NCBI GenBank assembly: GCA_041640655.1
Contig: JBEPZV010000044.1
Location: 1-18,246, forward strand
Source: a bacterium
Lineage (GTDB): Bacteria; Acidobacteriota; Blastocatellia; HR10
DNA: 18,246 nt
Reading direction: 5' to 3'
The translations under genes and the position numbers were made by a program. Position 1 is the first letter of the stretch. Every line of letters starts with the position of its first letter. Positions 16,033 to 18,246 of this stretch are shown here, piece after piece. The notes under the pieces are model-generated. The model saw nothing but the letters and a program-made list of their open reading frames with translations. It made no database searches and had not been told where the DNA came from.

Positions 16033-16866
16033 TCAGGAGAGCGCGGCCGGGGAGCGCTCGACCGCGCTGAGCCCTCCATAGCGCCGCTCGCGCTTCTGGT
16101 ATTCGATCAGGGCCTGAAAGAAATGGGCCGGGCGAAAATCGGGCCAGAGCGTCTCGGTCACATAAAGTTCCGTATAGGCGATCTGCCAGAGCAAGAAGTT
16201 GCTCACGCGCATCTCGCCGCTGGTTCGAATTAAGAGGTCGGGATCGGGCAGATCGGCCGTCTCCAGATATCGCGCGATGAGCGCCTCGGTGATCGCCTCC
16301 GGTGGCAGCCCGCTCTGGCGCGCCTCGCGGTAGAGGCGGCGGAAGGCGTCCACCAGCTCCGTGCGTCCACTGTAGTTGAGCGCGACGACCAGTTGCATTC
16401 GCCGATTCGCCGCTGTCTCAACCATGGCTCGATGCAGCTCTTCGCGAATCGTCTCTTCCAGCTCCTCCCATCGCCCGATGATGCGCAGGCGGATGTCGTG
16501 ACGTTTGAGCGTCTCCAACTCCTTGCGGAGGAATTCCCGGAGCAAGCTCATGAGCGCTTCGATCTCCTCCTGCGGCCGCTTCCAGTTCTCGGTCGAGAAG
16601 GCGTAGAGCGTCAACACAGGGATGCCCAAGCGAGCGGCCGTCTCCACGATCCGGCGCGCGGCCTTGGCGCCCGCGCGATGGCCGACCACGCGCGGCTTCC
16701 GCCGTCGCAGCGCCCAGCGCCCATTCCCATCCATGATGATGGCGACGTGTTGGGGGAGACGCTCGGGACGGATCTGCGTGAGGAGGAGCGCTTCGCGCGA
16801 GCCGGGTTTGATGACCCCCTCGAACTTCTTCTGCAGGTCCTCCATCGAATCACCCTGGAGGGCCAT
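16033..16866 (-). CDS. uppS: Undecaprenyl diphosphate synthase (isoprenyl transferase)
   Basis: PQHVAIIMDGNGRWA, LYAFSTENWKRP, ALNYSGR and DPDLLIRTSGEMRVSNFLLWQIAYTE; start could alternatively be ATG 16845. Confidence 0.97.
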   Translation of the reverse strand: MALQGDSMEDLQKKFEGVIKPGSREALLLTQIRPERLPQHVAIIMDGNGRWALRRRKPRVVGHRAGAKAARRIVETAARLGIPVLTLYAFSTENWKRPQEEIEALMSLLREFLRKELETLKRHDIRLRIIGRWEELEETIREELHRAMVETAANRRMQLVVALNYSGRTELVDAFRRLYREARQSGLPPEAITEALIARYLETADLPDPDLLIRTSGEMRVSNFLLWQIAYTELYVTETLWPDFRPAHFFQALIEYQKRERRYGGLSAVERSPAALS

Positions 16867-16926
16867 CGCTTGGCCCCCGGTGATCTGCGCGGTGCGCGAT
16901 CGCTCGCCTCACCGACGGATGCAATC

Positions 16927-17661
16927 TTAGTAACGGACGCGCAGCAGCGTCAAGCCCTTGGCCGGAAAGGTCGGACCGGCCCTTCGCCGATCGCGCGCGC
17001 GCAGGATGCGCTCCATGTCTGAGGCGCGCCAGCGTCCGCGTCCGATCTCGCAGAGCGTGCCCATGAGCGTGCGCACCATGTAACGGAGGAAGCCGTTGGC
17101 CGTGATCTCCAGGTGCAGCAGATCCCCCTCGCACCATAAGCGCGCTTCGTGGACGCGTCGCACCGTCGTCTTCTCCGCGCGCTCGCGCGTGCCGAAGGAG
17201 GCGAAATCGTGTTCGCCGATGATCGCCTCGAGCGCCTCGCGCATGGCCGCCAGATCGAGGGGGAAGGGGAAATGATGCGCGTAGCGATAGAGGAAGGGGC
17301 TGAGCACCGGTCCGAGACAGAGGGTGTACCGATATGTCTTCGACACCGCGCTATAGCGGGCGTGAAACTCCGGGGGAACGAACTCCACGGCCATCACGCG
17401 CACATCCGGCGGGAGATTCGCGTTGAGCGCGCGTTGCCACTCGGCTTCGGACATCTCGCGCGTGAGGAAGACGCTGGCGACCTGCCCATGCGCATGCACG
17501 CCGCGATCCGTCCGTCCGGCGCCGTGCACGGTCACGGGACGATGCTCCAGACGCGAGAGCGCGTCGGTGAGCACGCCCTGGACCGTCCGCGCCTCCGCCT
17601 GAATCTGCCAGCCGTAGAAATCCGTCCCGTCGTACTGCAGGAGGAGCTTCACGTTTGGCAC
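16927..17661 (-). CDS. truA: tRNA pseudouridine(38-40) synthase
   Basis: YDGTDFYGWQIQ, GAGRTDRGVHA, FHARYSA, GEHDFASF and ANGFLRYMVR. Start set at GTG 17661 behind SD AAGGAGG; ATG 17715 is the alternative. Confidence 0.97.
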   Translation of the reverse strand: MPNVKLLLQYDGTDFYGWQIQAEARTVQGVLTDALSRLEHRPVTVHGAGRTDRGVHAHGQVASVFLTREMSEAEWQRALNANLPPDVRVMAVEFVPPEFHARYSAVSKTYRYTLCLGPVLSPFLYRYAHHFPFPLDLAAMREALEAIIGEHDFASFGTRERAEKTTVRRVHEARLWCEGDLLHLEITANGFLRYMVRTLMGTLCEIGRGRWRASDMERILRARDRRRAGPTFPAKGLTLLRVRY

Positions 17662-17719
17662 GCCCCCCTCCTTCCGCATCGCGTCTGCCGCAGGCGCCCG
17701 AAGTGAGGTCGTCATCCCG

Positions 17720-18244
17720 TCATGCGAGGTAGTGACTGCCCGGTGTCGTCAGCGGCAGACCAGCAGCGCACAAGGGACATTCGTCCGGCGGGTATGTGGG
17801 CAGCTCCACCTGCAGCAGGGCGCGCAGCGGCACACCAAAATAGAGCGCCCTGCCGCTACGATCAATCAACGCGCCGACGCCGACGACTCGCCCCCCTGCT
17901 GCGTGAACCAGCTCGATCACTTCGCGCGTCGAGCGTCCAGTCGTGATGACGTCCTCGACGACGAGCACGCCTTCGTCGGGCGCGATGGTGAAACCCCGGC
18001 GGAGCGTGAATCGCCCCTCTTCGCGCTCAGCGAAGATGGCGCGTGCGTCCAGGTGCCGCGCGACCTCATGCGCGACGAGGATGCCGCCGATGGCCGGAGC
18101 GATGACCGTCTGAATCGGCGCATCCGCGAAGGCCTCGGCCAATCGCGCGCCGAGCGCCGTGGCGATCTTCGGATATTGCAGCACGAGCGCGCACTGGATA
18201 TAGCGCGCGCTGTGCAAGCCCGAGGAGAGCCGAAAATGGCCCTC
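17720..18244 (-). CDS. pyrE: Orotate phosphoribosyltransferase; 5' end lies outside the window
   Basis: Frame open to the window edge (EGHFRLSSGLHSARYIQCA), PAIGGI, LRRGF, PRPP motif VVEDVITTGRS and C-terminal CPLC...PGS. Confidence 0.95.
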   Translation of the reverse strand, partial: EGHFRLSSGLHSARYIQCALVLQYPKIATALGARLAEAFADAPIQTVIAPAIGGILVAHEVARHLDARAIFAEREEGRFTLRRGFTIAPDEGVLVVEDVITTGRSTREVIELVHAAGGRVVGVGALIDRSGRALYFGVPLRALLQVELPTYPPDECPLCAAGLPLTTPGSHYLA

Positions 18245-18246
18245 CA

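Overview
High-GC, gene-dense bacterial chromosomal segment that is mostly core genome. The gene mix, including an archaeal-type FBP aldolase/phosphatase, suggests a thermophile, possibly Acidobacteriota; this is inference only. Left to right: a 5'-truncated Asp-box/BNR beta-propeller protein with a downstream hairpin; surE-pcm-YqaA/DedA (+); a minus-strand run of UPF0104/LPG-synthase-like membrane protein, nrdR, an atypical Pof1-like nucleotidyltransferase and a GNAT; a divergent IHF/HU-like gene, MerR-family regulator and tRNA-Pro(GGG) (+); then a long minus-strand run of pyrE (truncated), truA, uppS, cdsA, dxr, a probable glycosyltransferase relic, purF, a stand-alone ComEC-type metallo-beta-lactamase-fold hydrolase, DUF3006, a queuosine-precursor (VUT/YhhQ) transporter, and class V FBP aldolase/phosphatase. 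Several sigma70-type promoters are readable directly. I saw no integrase, transposase, CRISPR array or defence system. The best candidate for an undescribed system is the tightly coupled purF-ComEC-like hydrolase-DUF3006-queuosine-precursor transporter unit, a possible nucleic-acid or (deaza)purine scavenging module; this remains a hypothesis. All family calls are from motif recognition by eye, with no searches run.
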